Program-made: the position numbers and the translations under genes
Shown here: piece after piece, positions 18,218 to 27,588 of the stretch
Layout: each line of letters starts with the position of its first letter
Numbering within the stretch: the first letter of the stretch is position 1
Notes under the pieces: model-generated
Told to the model about the DNA's origin: nothing
The model's input: the letters and a program-made list of their open reading frames with translations, nothing else
Database searches by the model: none
Source: Candidatus Latescibacterota bacterium
Lineage (GTDB): Bacteria > Latescibacterota > UBA2968 > GCA-2709665
DNA: 64,000 nt
Reading direction: 5' to 3'
Assembly (NCBI GenBank): GCA_965248435.1
Contig: OZ252100.1
Coordinates: forward strand, 5,592,477 to 5,656,476

Positions 18218-18814
18218 TTGGATAAAACAACATTGAGAAAGAGGCAAATTATGAGTGTGGGAAGATGTATTGAGAGGGCAATAGATTCATATAAGCGGAA
18301 TGATTTTGAGGATGCTTTTTTACAGACCAGCGTTGCCGTAACAGCCACATCGGAAAAGGAGTATCCCAAAGAGGGAGCTGATAACAGAAAATACAAGAAA
18401 TTTATCGGAGACAACATAGCATTGATTACGAATGTAGCACTCGGCAATATTACGCTGCACAAAGGGATTTCGCTAAAGTATAGTCATCCCAAATTGAAGG
18501 AAAGCCAAGATGGCACTTATACAATCGAAGAGATACTTTATCACATTGTCAGATGCTGTTTGATTCATGAAGCAGGACTTCCCCCAAATCTATCCATCAC
18601 AGATCAGAATCTCTTCAAAACTGAAGGCGAAAAAAGTCCATTACTTCTTCCAGCATCCTTGGTCCTCGGAATGCTTGTTTCCGTTGTAACATCACCTGAA
18701 AACACAATGGAGAAGATTTCTCCAAATTACCAAATTAGCATCAAAGGTGAAGATCGATTTCTAAGTGATCTGCGTGGCAAGAAGAAGGACCTCGAACAGG
18801 AGCTGGGATTGTAG
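18218..18814 (+). CDS. Hypothetical protein with a HEPN-like Rx4H motif
   Basis: LYHIVRCCLIHEA in a helical protein; probable start is ATG 18251. Confidence 0.55.
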   Translation: MDKTTLRKRQIMSVGRCIERAIDSYKRNDFEDAFLQTSVAVTATSEKEYPKEGADNRKYKKFIGDNIALITNVALGNITLHKGISLKYSHPKLKESQDGTYTIEEILYHIVRCCLIHEAGLPPNLSITDQNLFKTEGEKSPLLLPASLVLGMLVSVVTSPENTMEKISPNYQISIKGEDRFLSDLRGKKKDLEQELGL

Positions 18815-18878
18815 TTTCGGGGCAGGTAACACTACTACTCTGCTCTTCTTGTTGGTTCCATCAAAGTAACAATATTCT

Positions 18879-20192
18879 CTAAATCGTTTCAGCACTCGTG
18901 TTTCTTTGCGATTTGATATCCCTCATCTGGCTTTGAAGTTGCGTCACCATTTCTTTCAGTTTAAACAATTCCCCGACAGAATTCTGCTCTAAGAACTCCT
19001 TAACCTTTTCAAGCCCCTCATCATCACTTCTCATCTTCTCTCTAATTTTATCCGAATCTACCAAGCGAAGACACTTAGGACAAGTATCCTCTGAAAATCC
19101 TATCTGAGCAAAACTACAAAATGGACACTGCTTCGTCTTGGGAGTAGAGTGTTGACCCTTTGTATCGGTAAGCAGTCCTTTTCTGGTAAGGTCTCTTTGG
19201 AAGGCATCTTCCTGTGTGTTCATATCATAGCTGTTTAAGGGACGCATAGAAGTCCACCTGCTCTTGTATTTGACATCCTGCGGAGGAACCCCGTTCGCTA
19301 AATCAGTGGTGATGCCATTTCTCTTGAATGAGTAGCAGGTGATATGTTTACCAATACCAAGTTCCGCACAAGCTTTTTTGAGCAAATCATTAACAGTATC
19401 TGGATGTAATTGTTTTTTCTTTTCATCAAGAAACAGATAAGCATCGGGATCTGATTTGAAGGGATGCTGGCTATACCACTTCATCACATAGGGAAAACTT
19501 AGAGTCAAGGGCAGAAACCCAATCCCTTCCTTACCGTGTTCAGAGATCATAATTTTTCCATAGCCATCGAAAATCTTGAGGCTCCGGATTCTTGCAAAAG
19601 CAGTCTCTTGGGGTCTGCCATATCCATCGAACATAGTAATTAGGAACGCCTGCACAGAAGGGTGAGAGCTGAAGTAGTTTATCAACTTCATAAACTCATC
19701 CCAGGTAAGTTTGTCCTTCCGCTCTTCTTCCTGGCTCTTATCAATCTTGGCTTTAAGGTGTCTTACGGGATAGGGTGTTGTTGTCAGGTCCAATCTTCCC
19801 TGTGGGTCGACCTCTGGGAGTAGCTGCCTCCATAAGAACTGAATATCTGCAATGAAATCCGTTTTTGTCTTCGGCTTATTGAGACGAGTATATGCAAAGG
19901 CTACAATTTCATCTAAATCGTCTGGTCCACATTCTGCCAGATCCTTTGTAGTTGCGTGGCATATAATTCTGAGAGTGTAGAACAATTTGCACCTTCGAAT
20001 ATAGCTGGTATCTCTTGAATCAAGCTTTACAGCCATCTTCCTGAAGTATTCTAGGTTCTTAGAGTTCTTGCAGTAGTAGATCCCTCTCAGTCTTCCACTT
20101 CGTCTCTCATCAGGTTGGAGAGCAAATTGGTCTAGGGTAGCCAGCAGTCTTTCGTAAGTTCCTTTGTATCCATAAATGTCATCCTTTACCAT
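18879..20192 (-). CDS. Tyrosine recombinase/integrase with C-terminal Zn ribbon and coiled coil (archaeal-type architecture)
   Basis: GRPQE, GKEG, YSFKR, RWT, SYD catalytic-like residues; CPFC...CPKC; TTTTAAAA box 23 nt upstream, no SD. Confidence 0.85.
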   Translation of the reverse strand: MVKDDIYGYKGTYERLLATLDQFALQPDERRSGRLRGIYYCKNSKNLEYFRKMAVKLDSRDTSYIRRCKLFYTLRIICHATTKDLAECGPDDLDEIVAFAYTRLNKPKTKTDFIADIQFLWRQLLPEVDPQGRLDLTTTPYPVRHLKAKIDKSQEEERKDKLTWDEFMKLINYFSSHPSVQAFLITMFDGYGRPQETAFARIRSLKIFDGYGKIMISEHGKEGIGFLPLTLSFPYVMKWYSQHPFKSDPDAYLFLDEKKKQLHPDTVNDLLKKACAELGIGKHITCYSFKRNGITTDLANGVPPQDVKYKSRWTSMRPLNSYDMNTQEDAFQRDLTRKGLLTDTKGQHSTPKTKQCPFCSFAQIGFSEDTCPKCLRLVDSDKIREKMRSDDEGLEKVKEFLEQNSVGELFKLKEMVTQLQSQMRDIKSQRNTSAETI

Positions 20193-20376
20193 TTATCTTT
20201 AAGTGTTTCGATACCTTTTAAAACAGAGTAACACACCGCAGAAGTTATAACCCTTAAAGCGGGAGTGCCGCCCATTAGGATTAGAGTTTCGCGTTGCGTG
20301 TTTTCTGACCTTTTGTTTCTTCAATCAGAAAAGTAGAACATCTATATCAATGTTTCGTTTTTGTAATCGTTTAGAA

Positions 20377-20535
20377 CTAGCAGTTTAACTCTCTAAGTTT
20401 TTCTTTTACGGCACGTCTAATGAACGCAGATTTATTACGCATTTGTTTTAATTCTTTTTTAATTTCTGATTCAATTCTAAAGTGTTCGATTTCCATCCGG
20501 TTTCTTGCCTTCCTGATTTCTCCCTCCCATATCAT
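20377..20535 (-). CDS. Ribbon-helix-helix (CopG/Arc-like) protein, 52 aa (not in the ORF track)
   Basis: IEHFRI (strand) ESEIKKELKQM (helix) RNKSAFIRRAVKEKL (helix); TAAATG junction with the upstream ORF. Confidence 0.7.
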   Translation of the reverse strand: MIWEGEIRKARNRMEIEHFRIESEIKKELKQMRNKSAFIRRAVKEKLRELNC

Positions 20536-20667
20536 TTAGCTATCCTCATTCTTCCGAAGTATTTCTTGAATTTCCTGTTTGGCATTCTCTGTCAAATCAC
20601 CAATAGTTTTCATCAGCCTATCATACACTCCGCTAATTTCGTTCGCCTTTCTTCTAGTCCCCTGCAT
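20536..20667 (-). CDS. Small helical protein, 43 aa (not in the ORF track)
   Basis: MQGTRRKANEISGVYDRLMKTIGDLTENAKQEIQEILRKNEDS; GGAGG SD; coupled to both neighbours. Confidence 0.55.
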   Translation of the reverse strand: MQGTRRKANEISGVYDRLMKTIGDLTENAKQEIQEILRKNEDS

Positions 20668-20788
20668 TCTCTAGGCCTCCATAAAGATATCTCTCTTTTC
20701 TGGATTCAATCAAGTAATCCACTTTTTGATTCACATCTTTTACAAGCTCATACGTCTCCCTAATCTTTCTTTCAAGATCCATCTTCAT
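20654..20788 (-). CDS. Small coiled-coil protein, 44 aa
   Basis: MKMDLERKIRETYELVKDVNQKVDYL...; TTTATAAA box (20811-20818) 22 nt upstream. Confidence 0.55.
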   Translation of the reverse strand: MKMDLERKIRETYELVKDVNQKVDYLIESRKERYLYGGLENAGD

Positions 20789-21026
20789 CTTTCCCTTATC
20801 ACTTTGAAAGTTTATAAAAAGTCCTGCCTTGTCCTGACCCTGCACGAATACCCGCCAAAATATTTAACACCTAAGGATCTCACAACCTGAGTAAGCTGAA
20901 AGAGTTTCAGATTTCATCCGTCACAGGCGTCACAGGGGTTCGAGTCATTTTAAAGGTCATAGATTAATTCCCCTGTTTCGCTGTCGGATTTCGATCTGCT
21001 TTTCGGCACTGGAGGTGTGTATTCGA

Positions 21027-21509
21027 ATGTTACGCGAAAAAAGAAAACCAACTCGAAACTGTGGACTGGTAATTCCTATTGTTTTTCCTAAAGTAGAGAG
21101 TTTTGGTTGGAGAGCCAAAGTGCAATTTAGAAGAGGCACTACTAAGATTACTGTGAAGAAGGAAGTGCGGGAGGGAGCAAAATTGACTAAGGGATATCCC
21201 TTGCATTGCTATTTGGTCAAGAACTTGGATGAGAGAGAAATGGTGTTGTGCTACCTGGATGGAGAAAGAGATTCAGTGCTGGACAATATTGGTGGGTATT
21301 ACTGGCAGAGCAAACTACAACAATGTGGGAAACGTTCAGCCGGATTTACAATTGCCAGACCTGTGGCTGTAGGAGCTGGATTAGGAAAGAGAACTCAACT
21401 CTATGGATATGTGGCTCGATGTAATCGCAAGCCAGGATTTGTTCTCTATTTAGATGGAAAGCAACGAGGAGAGACTGAGTGGAAGAAGGGTGATAAGGAT
21501 GGGGAATGA
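21027..21509 (+). CDS. Protein with two tandem AbrB-like domains
   Basis: Internal duplication W.AK.Q....ITV...V..GA.L.K...L.CYL...V.YLDG; GGAGGTG SD. Confidence 0.6.
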   Translation: MLREKRKPTRNCGLVIPIVFPKVESFGWRAKVQFRRGTTKITVKKEVREGAKLTKGYPLHCYLVKNLDEREMVLCYLDGERDSVLDNIGGYYWQSKLQQCGKRSAGFTIARPVAVGAGLGKRTQLYGYVARCNRKPGFVLYLDGKQRGETEWKKGDKDGE

Positions 21510-21885
21510 GATGAAATTGATGGATGTCTACAAGGTTTTGGTGGAGAGATGCTATGATGGAATTGAAAATGTCTGGAAAATCAGCAGGATTGTGTTTCAG
21601 ACAAATTGCGGCGACATCATCCACAAGCCCTTCAAGGAAATGGAAGTCAGCCAGGAGGTTGGTGGGAAGAAGATGTGCCTAGTTCATAAAGAGAAGATTA
21701 GGCTTGAGGAATTACATCCAATGGTTTTGGAAGTGAGCCATAAATCTATTGATGAGGGAATTTGCAAAATCCTTACAAACTTCCAAAGTCTAGTGAGGGG
21801 TGGTGAAATTTATAGGTCTTTCTCAAGTGAGGATATACACAACCTTGAGCTACTTCCGATTGAGGAAAAGGTAAAGGGAGTGTGA
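21454..21885 (+). CDS. Hypothetical protein
   Basis: ORF in the operon; true start probably ~21499-21511. Confidence 0.55.
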   Translation: MESNEERLSGRRVIRMGNEMKLMDVYKVLVERCYDGIENVWKISRIVFQTNCGDIIHKPFKEMEVSQEVGGKKMCLVHKEKIRLEELHPMVLEVSHKSIDEGICKILTNFQSLVRGGEIYRSFSSEDIHNLELLPIEEKVKGV

Positions 21886-21894
21886 AATTGGAGA

Positions 21895-22395
21895 ATGAAT
21901 CACGCACACACTTGTGGACGGGGCAACCTTGAATTGATCAAGCAGTCGCCTCTTTACCATATGCACGGACTTGGGCTAAAGGTCATCCGGGAATGTCCAT
22001 ATGATGTCGTAGGAGGGATTCAAATTACCAAGCCTTCAGAGACCTACCCCTTGCTCGAGGATCTTCTAAAGGGCGAGGAGAAAGAGCATTTTTACTCCAT
22101 CCTGCTAAATACAAGGAGCGAAATACAGGGTGTTGACTTGGTTAGTGTAGGGAGTCTGAATGCCTCTCTTGTCCATCCTCGGGAGGTTTTCAGACTTCCA
22201 GTTATTTGTGCTGCTGCCAGTATTATCGTGGCTCATAATCATCCGTCTGGAAGTCCTACTCCAAGTAGCGCGGATATTGACCTGACAGAAAGATTGGTTA
22301 AGGCAGGAGAGATTATGGGAATTGAGCTGCTTGACCACATTGTCTATGGCGACCCAGGACACTTTATGAGCCTACGAGAGGGAGGGGTGATGTAG
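21895..22395 (+). CDS. radC: RadC-like JAB domain protein
   Basis: E...VHPREVF...AHNHPSG..TPS.AD...LLDHIV. Confidence 0.92.
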   Translation: MNHAHTCGRGNLELIKQSPLYHMHGLGLKVIRECPYDVVGGIQITKPSETYPLLEDLLKGEEKEHFYSILLNTRSEIQGVDLVSVGSLNASLVHPREVFRLPVICAAASIIVAHNHPSGSPTPSSADIDLTERLVKAGEIMGIELLDHIVYGDPGHFMSLREGGVM

Positions 22396-22401
22396 AAGGA
22401 A

Positions 22402-22764
22402 ATGACTGAGGAGTATTCAAGGAAGGATGTTGAAAGTGCGGTTCTTTACGTAGATACCTCTATGAACGAAATACTGTGGAACTTGTATGCGTGGAAGGAC
22501 TCTGAATTTCTAGCAACGGGAGAAGGCCCAGCTCTAACAACCTTGAGCAGCAAGAGATATCCATCAGGCTGTTTGGATATGAAAGTTGTGTTTCACTATC
22601 CGCATAGAACTGAAAGAAGTGTCTGGGATTGTCTGAAGATGAGTTATGCAGAGTATGTGAAGGTGAAAGCCACAACTGTTTTGGAATTTGGGAATGAGGG
22701 CTTGGAAAAGATGGTGGTTGAAGGAAAAGACCAAAGAGGTGATGAAGATAGAGCTGGAGGATGA
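22402..22764 (+). CDS. Hypothetical protein
   Basis: 120-aa ORF in the operon. Confidence 0.55.
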   Translation: MTEEYSRKDVESAVLYVDTSMNEILWNLYAWKDSEFLATGEGPALTTLSSKRYPSGCLDMKVVFHYPHRTERSVWDCLKMSYAEYVKVKATTVLEFGNEGLEKMVVEGKDQRGDEDRAGG

Positions 22765-23107
22765 GTTAAGAAGAAATCTTGCATACTTCACTGGAACAAG
22801 CCGATACTATGGGCATTGGTCCGGGATTTTGTATACTGATGGAATTCAGTATCTTGCTGAGAAGGGAGAATGTTACTGGCTGCTTGACGGCATTGGGGTC
22901 TATCAGCATAAGCCGATTGTGAGGAGGACTGAATTTCAGTTGTGGGAGTTAGATGTAAAGGATGATAGGTCAGCTTTGTTGGAAATGCGGGAGGATACTG
23001 GATTGCCGGCGATTGTGAGGCAGGAAATTAAGTATACAGATTTCCCTCTAGATTCGATCAGGCTGTATTTCGCAAACAATGTGCTTCATTTGCCAAGTGA
23101 ATATTGA
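22742..23107 (+). CDS. DUF6876-like protein of mobile elements
   Basis: FTGT..YY.H...YTDG..YLAE....YWL.D...FQ.W.L...YTDFPL...LPSEY. Confidence 0.7.
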   Translation: MKIELEDELRRNLAYFTGTSRYYGHWSGILYTDGIQYLAEKGECYWLLDGIGVYQHKPIVRRTEFQLWELDVKDDRSALLEMREDTGLPAIVRQEIKYTDFPLDSIRLYFANNVLHLPSEY

Positions 23108-23230
23108 TGAACTACTGGACTGAGGTCTATGCAGGATGCAGCTTTCGATTGGCTGGAAGGTTCTGAAATGCTCCACCATTCTCACTAATCCCAGAGGGAA
23201 GAAATCAATCTTTTTTAGAGAGTATAGGAT

Positions 23231-25255
23231 ATGAGCTTAATTGCGATCCAAACTCCCATAGAGGAGGCTGCTGATACCGCCAGAGAGTATCTTGCGCGAA
23301 CTGGGATTCTTGCCAGACGTTTCTACAACAACAAGGTCCAGGAGATAATATCTGAGGAAGAAATTACTCTTGTGTCCAATAGTAAAAGCATCTTCACCAT
23401 ATGGACTTGTAACATAACCGAGAAGCTTGGAACCTGTTACGTAAGAACTGAACTCAAAGTTAGACCCTTCATCCCTTTATTCCTATTAGCTGCTACCTTG
23501 ATTCTAATGCTGGGTTGGTTTCGTCAATTCGGATATCCTTGGGATGCTGGATTTTTTATGTTCAACAGACCCCAAGAAGGAGAATCTATGTTTGACCGCC
23601 TTCTGTCGGTTGCCCCTGACCTCTCCGCCATTCTGGTTCCAGTAATGTTTTCAAATCGCCTAGGCATATTCCTGGAAAAGTCAGAGAATCAATTCTTGAC
23701 TCATCTCATTGGGAGGATAGGGGATAAGGAATCTCCAATCATCGAGCCTGTCGAACGGTCTCATCTTCAGCTTATGTTGTCTACAGCGTTTCCCATTAGT
23801 CTAATGCTTCCCATTCTACTTTTTCAGCTGGGGTTTTCAATCATAGGATTTCTTTTTTTAGCGTTTGCACTCTCAGAACGTGTTCCAATTATTCTGGCAT
23901 CTTACTTCAAGAGCCCATATCTGTCCTGGCGGATGGGGATTATTGATATTGCTAGTAGATGGGCGAGTCCGATAATCCACATAGTGATGTTTTTGGGCTT
24001 CTCCTACCTCCTATACAACCTAATTCTGTCTTGGACCGAATTTTCTGAAGCAGGAGCAGCAGCTTCAAATAGTGGAGAATGGAGTGTATTGATTCACAAA
24101 TTTAGTAGAAGTTTTAGCTGGGATCCCTTTTCCCAAGTGATTAACTCTCGACCTAGGTCGCCCATTGCTTCAATCGGATATCCCTTTGTCGCTTTGATTC
24201 CGGACAAACCCAAATATGGTGTGCGGCTTGCTTCACTTTTGCTTCTTTTTTGGTTTGCCCTCCTTTCGGCGCAGATTCTCAGGGGTTTCTTCCGCCTACG
24301 ATGGATTCCTCGGGATTGGGAAACCTTGAGTGCTCGTAGGATCTCAAGCCAGGTGGCGGTCCCCTCTCATTTATCTTCAGCCGGTCGCACAATAACTTCA
24401 AAAATGATAATGGGGATGCTTCTTTCCTTTTATTCTGTCTTCAATCTTGTCGGCTTCCTTGTTGGTCTGGAAGTAGCCCTCTATATAATGAGTGAAAGGA
24501 TGAAACTTGTAACCCCCTTTGGTGTGATTCTAGCAGTGGTGCCAGCATTGTCTTTCACGGCTTTTCCCACATCCCCAATTGATTGGGTTATGGGCTATAA
24601 AGTAGCAGCGTTTATTCTCTTTCCAATATCGCTCCCCGCATTTATCATTTGGTCTGTCTGGGCTCACAGATTCGGTAATATGCTCTTCAATTCAACAAGG
24701 TTCAAAGATAGCAATAAAGCTATTTCGATTGCACCATTGGTTGAAAAGGCTAGTAAGAAGCTCTCAGTGCCAAGGCCCTGGATAGTGGTAAGGGACAATA
24801 TTCAGATGCCGATTTTGTTGGACACTGGATGGCCTTGGAATAGACGCGCGATTATTTACCTGCGCGAAAGGGCGATCTCTTACCTAACAGAGGAACAGAT
24901 GTATGCTGCTTTGGCTCACGAAATTAGTCACATCAAGCAAGGATTATTGTCTTTAAGGTTAGCACGTCTCATTTCTCTGCTCACTCTTTTCCCCGGGAAT
25001 ATTTTCTCAATATTTGTAGACTTGGACGGGAGAGAGTTTGAGGCTGACAAGTTGGCTATCGTTGAAGCCGGGGCGGATAAGGTGGCTCTCCAATCAGTGT
25101 TGATATGGAACTCAAGAAGGGAAAAGAAGGAAGAGAAATTCAGGCGATTTCGTCAACGTTATAGCACCATAACAGAATTTCTCTTTGCAGATAACTTAAC
25201 CAATTACATCCACCCGCCCCTATCTGAAAGACTCGGGAAAATTCGAGAGCTATGA
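23231..25255 (+). CDS. Polytopic membrane protein with C-terminal M48/M56 (HtpX/BlaR1-like) zinc protease
   Basis: Many TMs; LAHEISH, EFEAD, HPPLSERL. Confidence 0.85.
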   Translation: MSLIAIQTPIEEAADTAREYLARTGILARRFYNNKVQEIISEEEITLVSNSKSIFTIWTCNITEKLGTCYVRTELKVRPFIPLFLLAATLILMLGWFRQFGYPWDAGFFMFNRPQEGESMFDRLLSVAPDLSAILVPVMFSNRLGIFLEKSENQFLTHLIGRIGDKESPIIEPVERSHLQLMLSTAFPISLMLPILLFQLGFSIIGFLFLAFALSERVPIILASYFKSPYLSWRMGIIDIASRWASPIIHIVMFLGFSYLLYNLILSWTEFSEAGAAASNSGEWSVLIHKFSRSFSWDPFSQVINSRPRSPIASIGYPFVALIPDKPKYGVRLASLLLLFWFALLSAQILRGFFRLRWIPRDWETLSARRISSQVAVPSHLSSAGRTITSKMIMGMLLSFYSVFNLVGFLVGLEVALYIMSERMKLVTPFGVILAVVPALSFTAFPTSPIDWVMGYKVAAFILFPISLPAFIIWSVWAHRFGNMLFNSTRFKDSNKAISIAPLVEKASKKLSVPRPWIVVRDNIQMPILLDTGWPWNRRAIIYLRERAISYLTEEQMYAALAHEISHIKQGLLSLRLARLISLLTLFPGNIFSIFVDLDGREFEADKLAIVEAGADKVALQSVLIWNSRREKKEEKFRRFRQRYSTITEFLFADNLTNYIHPPLSERLGKIREL

Positions 25256-26118
25256 ACCAAGAATCTCTTAATCTCATTAAGTCAATCTCTGAAAGTTTTA
25301 TTTCAGAGATTTATCCAGAAGAGTTGGGTTTCTTTGAAGCCTATTGGAGCGCATTCGAAATTGTGTTAAGGGAGTATGAAGATACTGGTAGATGGGCTGT
25401 GGAATTCGCTGAAGATGCAGCTTCAAGTTTAGGACTTGGTGCAAGCGCTGAAGGACTTGCAATCGCCAATGTCCCACACGTCTTTGATAGGATCTTTTTT
25501 GAGATTGAGACCTGGGAAGAGAAGATGTCAAAGTCGGATGCTAAGGAGTCTGTAAATCAAGCTGTTGAAAAGTGGTTCGATAAATTTCACCTCCCTAGAA
25601 AAGGAATTGAAGGAGTCAAGGTCTTCATTGCAGAATGGTATCTTGCAGGAGTAATCAAACCCATCACATTTGTGAAAGTCTATCGAGTCTACAGAGGTGA
25701 AGTGGAGGAAGATTTGCAGTGGGATGCAGTAGACGCCCTTCGGAAGAAGTATCAATCTCAAAAGGATGATTTGAAGGTGTGGATTGATGAAGAGAAGAAG
25801 GAGGTGCTCTGCTACCGAAAACCTGTTCTTAGTGGCAGCAGAATCAGACTTCTGTTTCTCTATCTCCTAAAGAATCTTGGCAGTTTTGTCAGTTTCTATG
25901 AGCTGCTGAAGGAGGTTTGGAATAGGCAATTGGAGGATGAAGACGACGTTGAACACGATGGGCTTATTCACACAACCCTCTCTCGACTGCGCACTCGCTT
26001 AGAGAATGAGCTTGATATTGATGAAGAAGTGATCATTGATAGTCAGCGCTCCCTGTCACTTACAAGAACCTTTCTGAATCAACTGGACGGAGATTTCTGC
26101 ATAATCATTCAGCTATAG
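25252..26118 (+). CDS. Transcriptional regulator with C-terminal OmpR-type winged helix and no receiver domain
   Basis: LFLYLLKNLGSFVSFYELLKEVW...IHTTLSRLRTRL; ATGA overlap with the protease gene. Confidence 0.8.
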   Translation: MNQESLNLIKSISESFISEIYPEELGFFEAYWSAFEIVLREYEDTGRWAVEFAEDAASSLGLGASAEGLAIANVPHVFDRIFFEIETWEEKMSKSDAKESVNQAVEKWFDKFHLPRKGIEGVKVFIAEWYLAGVIKPITFVKVYRVYRGEVEEDLQWDAVDALRKKYQSQKDDLKVWIDEEKKEVLCYRKPVLSGSRIRLLFLYLLKNLGSFVSFYELLKEVWNRQLEDEDDVEHDGLIHTTLSRLRTRLENELDIDEEVIIDSQRSLSLTRTFLNQLDGDFCIIIQL

Positions 26119-26287
26119 ACCTCCTCTTAGATACCTATGAACATTGGATCTTGGAGACATCCCGCCAGCGTATTTGATGTTACATATGAGCAAAAAGATT
26201 AAGTCAAGATTAACACGATTTAGGTGATGTTACAACACCCCCAATATAGAAAAGGATTTAAATAGACAGATATATTAGAAGATTTAT

Positions 26288-26773
26288 ATGGTGAAACAGG
26301 ATTCAACGATTTTCAAATCAGTGCATTCTGATATTGTGGGCACTATAAAAAGATTAACCAAAAACCAACCCTTCCCAGAATATTTTGTAGCTCAGGATAG
26401 TGAAGAGAATGAAGGAATTATAAGAGAGGGTATGAAGGCTGCGGGATTTATTGAAGAAATAACAGAAGTATTACGTCTACAAATAATTAATAAGAGGAGA
26501 GACCCTAACAAATATGGATTCTTACTATTATTCTTTGAAATTCAAAAACTAAAGACAGATGCTAAAGGTAGAGTAAATCTAAAAATCGCTACAATTTTGA
26601 CATATGTCCCACTTGGAAAAGAGAAGAAGAAGACGTTCGACTGTAGAAAGACCTTTAAATATAAATTCGAAGAAGAAAGATATGATGAATTGGAGAAGTT
26701 TTATAAAGAGTTTGTTGCTTGGATTTCGAAACAACTAGAGTCTAAAAAGGTAAACAATTCCTTTGATTTTTGA
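26288..26773 (+). CDS. Hypothetical protein (very AT-rich) with an archaeal-type promoter
   Basis: GAAAAGGA-TTTAAATA at 26257-26264, 23 nt before ATG, no SD. Confidence 0.65.
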   Translation: MVKQDSTIFKSVHSDIVGTIKRLTKNQPFPEYFVAQDSEENEGIIREGMKAAGFIEEITEVLRLQIINKRRDPNKYGFLLLFFEIQKLKTDAKGRVNLKIATILTYVPLGKEKKKTFDCRKTFKYKFEEERYDELEKFYKEFVAWISKQLESKKVNNSFDF

Positions 26774-26996
26774 GACCCTATAATCACTTTCTCCGATTAA
26801 ACTGCCATTCCTAAGCAGTATCCTCTGATTACACTTCCGGTAGTTCTGTAGTAACTCCCATAACTCTTAGCATCAAAACAAGCCCTTACACAGAACTTAC
26901 AATGTAAGGGTCTTGTGTGTTCTCTTTTGGATTTCGATTGGCTAAACTTAGGGTGTCACGAAGAATTGAACTGCTCATCTTCACAAGGAGAGAGAA

Positions 26997-27296
26997 ATGG
27001 AAAAGGCTAGGGAGGATAACTTCAGCCAGGACCTCAATACTGTGCTGGATGACATAACAAAAGAAAGTTGGAATGAGCTTCAGATTAACGCTGTAGAAAT
27101 CCTGGAGGATAAGAGCCACGCAATCATCCTTGGTGGAGATGATGAGAATTACGATGCCTGTGTCAAAGGGAAAGAACGAGAAATAATCCTGATGATTGCT
27201 AACGAAGTAGAAACTGATTCACCTCTTGGGAAAATCATCAAGTTTGTTGTAGGAGTGCATTTGAAGAGAAGATTCTCTGAAGAGTTGAACTCGTAG
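26997..27296 (+). CDS. Hypothetical protein
   Basis: AAGGAG SD, 99 aa. Confidence 0.6.
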   Translation: MEKAREDNFSQDLNTVLDDITKESWNELQINAVEILEDKSHAIILGGDDENYDACVKGKEREIILMIANEVETDSPLGKIIKFVVGVHLKRRFSEELNS

Positions 27297-27341
27297 GAAC
27301 CATCAAAAATGGAGAGGTCTCCTGACTAGAACAATAGAAAA

Positions 27342-27548
27342 ATGGTAAATCTAAATCAGAAATCAGGGTCAGTGATCAGAGTCCCAAATCGTGAGAAAAG
27401 TGAGGCAACAGGGAGCAATTCCCTGACGGCAGTGCTTAACCATCAACTCAGATCCATCGAAGACGAGGTCGGGAGACTAACGGCAAAGAGGGAGCAATTT
27501 CTTAGGATGATGCGTGAAATCAGGTTGAGAATCAATTCCCTTCACTAA
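27342..27548 (+). CDS. Small coiled-coil protein
   Basis: 68-aa ORF with a heptad C-terminus. Confidence 0.45.
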   Translation: MVNLNQKSGSVIRVPNREKSEATGSNSLTAVLNHQLRSIEDEVGRLTAKREQFLRMMREIRLRINSLH

Positions 27549-27588
27549 CCCTAACCAAATCCAAAGCTATATAAAGGAGCAAGGTGCT

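Noticed and set aside
20259-20272. GCGGGAGTGCCGCC resembling a tRNA-Leu 5' end near the integrase
   Set aside because: Too short; no cloverleaf follows
20935-20946. GGGGTTCGAGTC resembling a tRNA T-loop or att remnant
   Set aside because: No complementary T-stem and no extended match to either tRNA in the window
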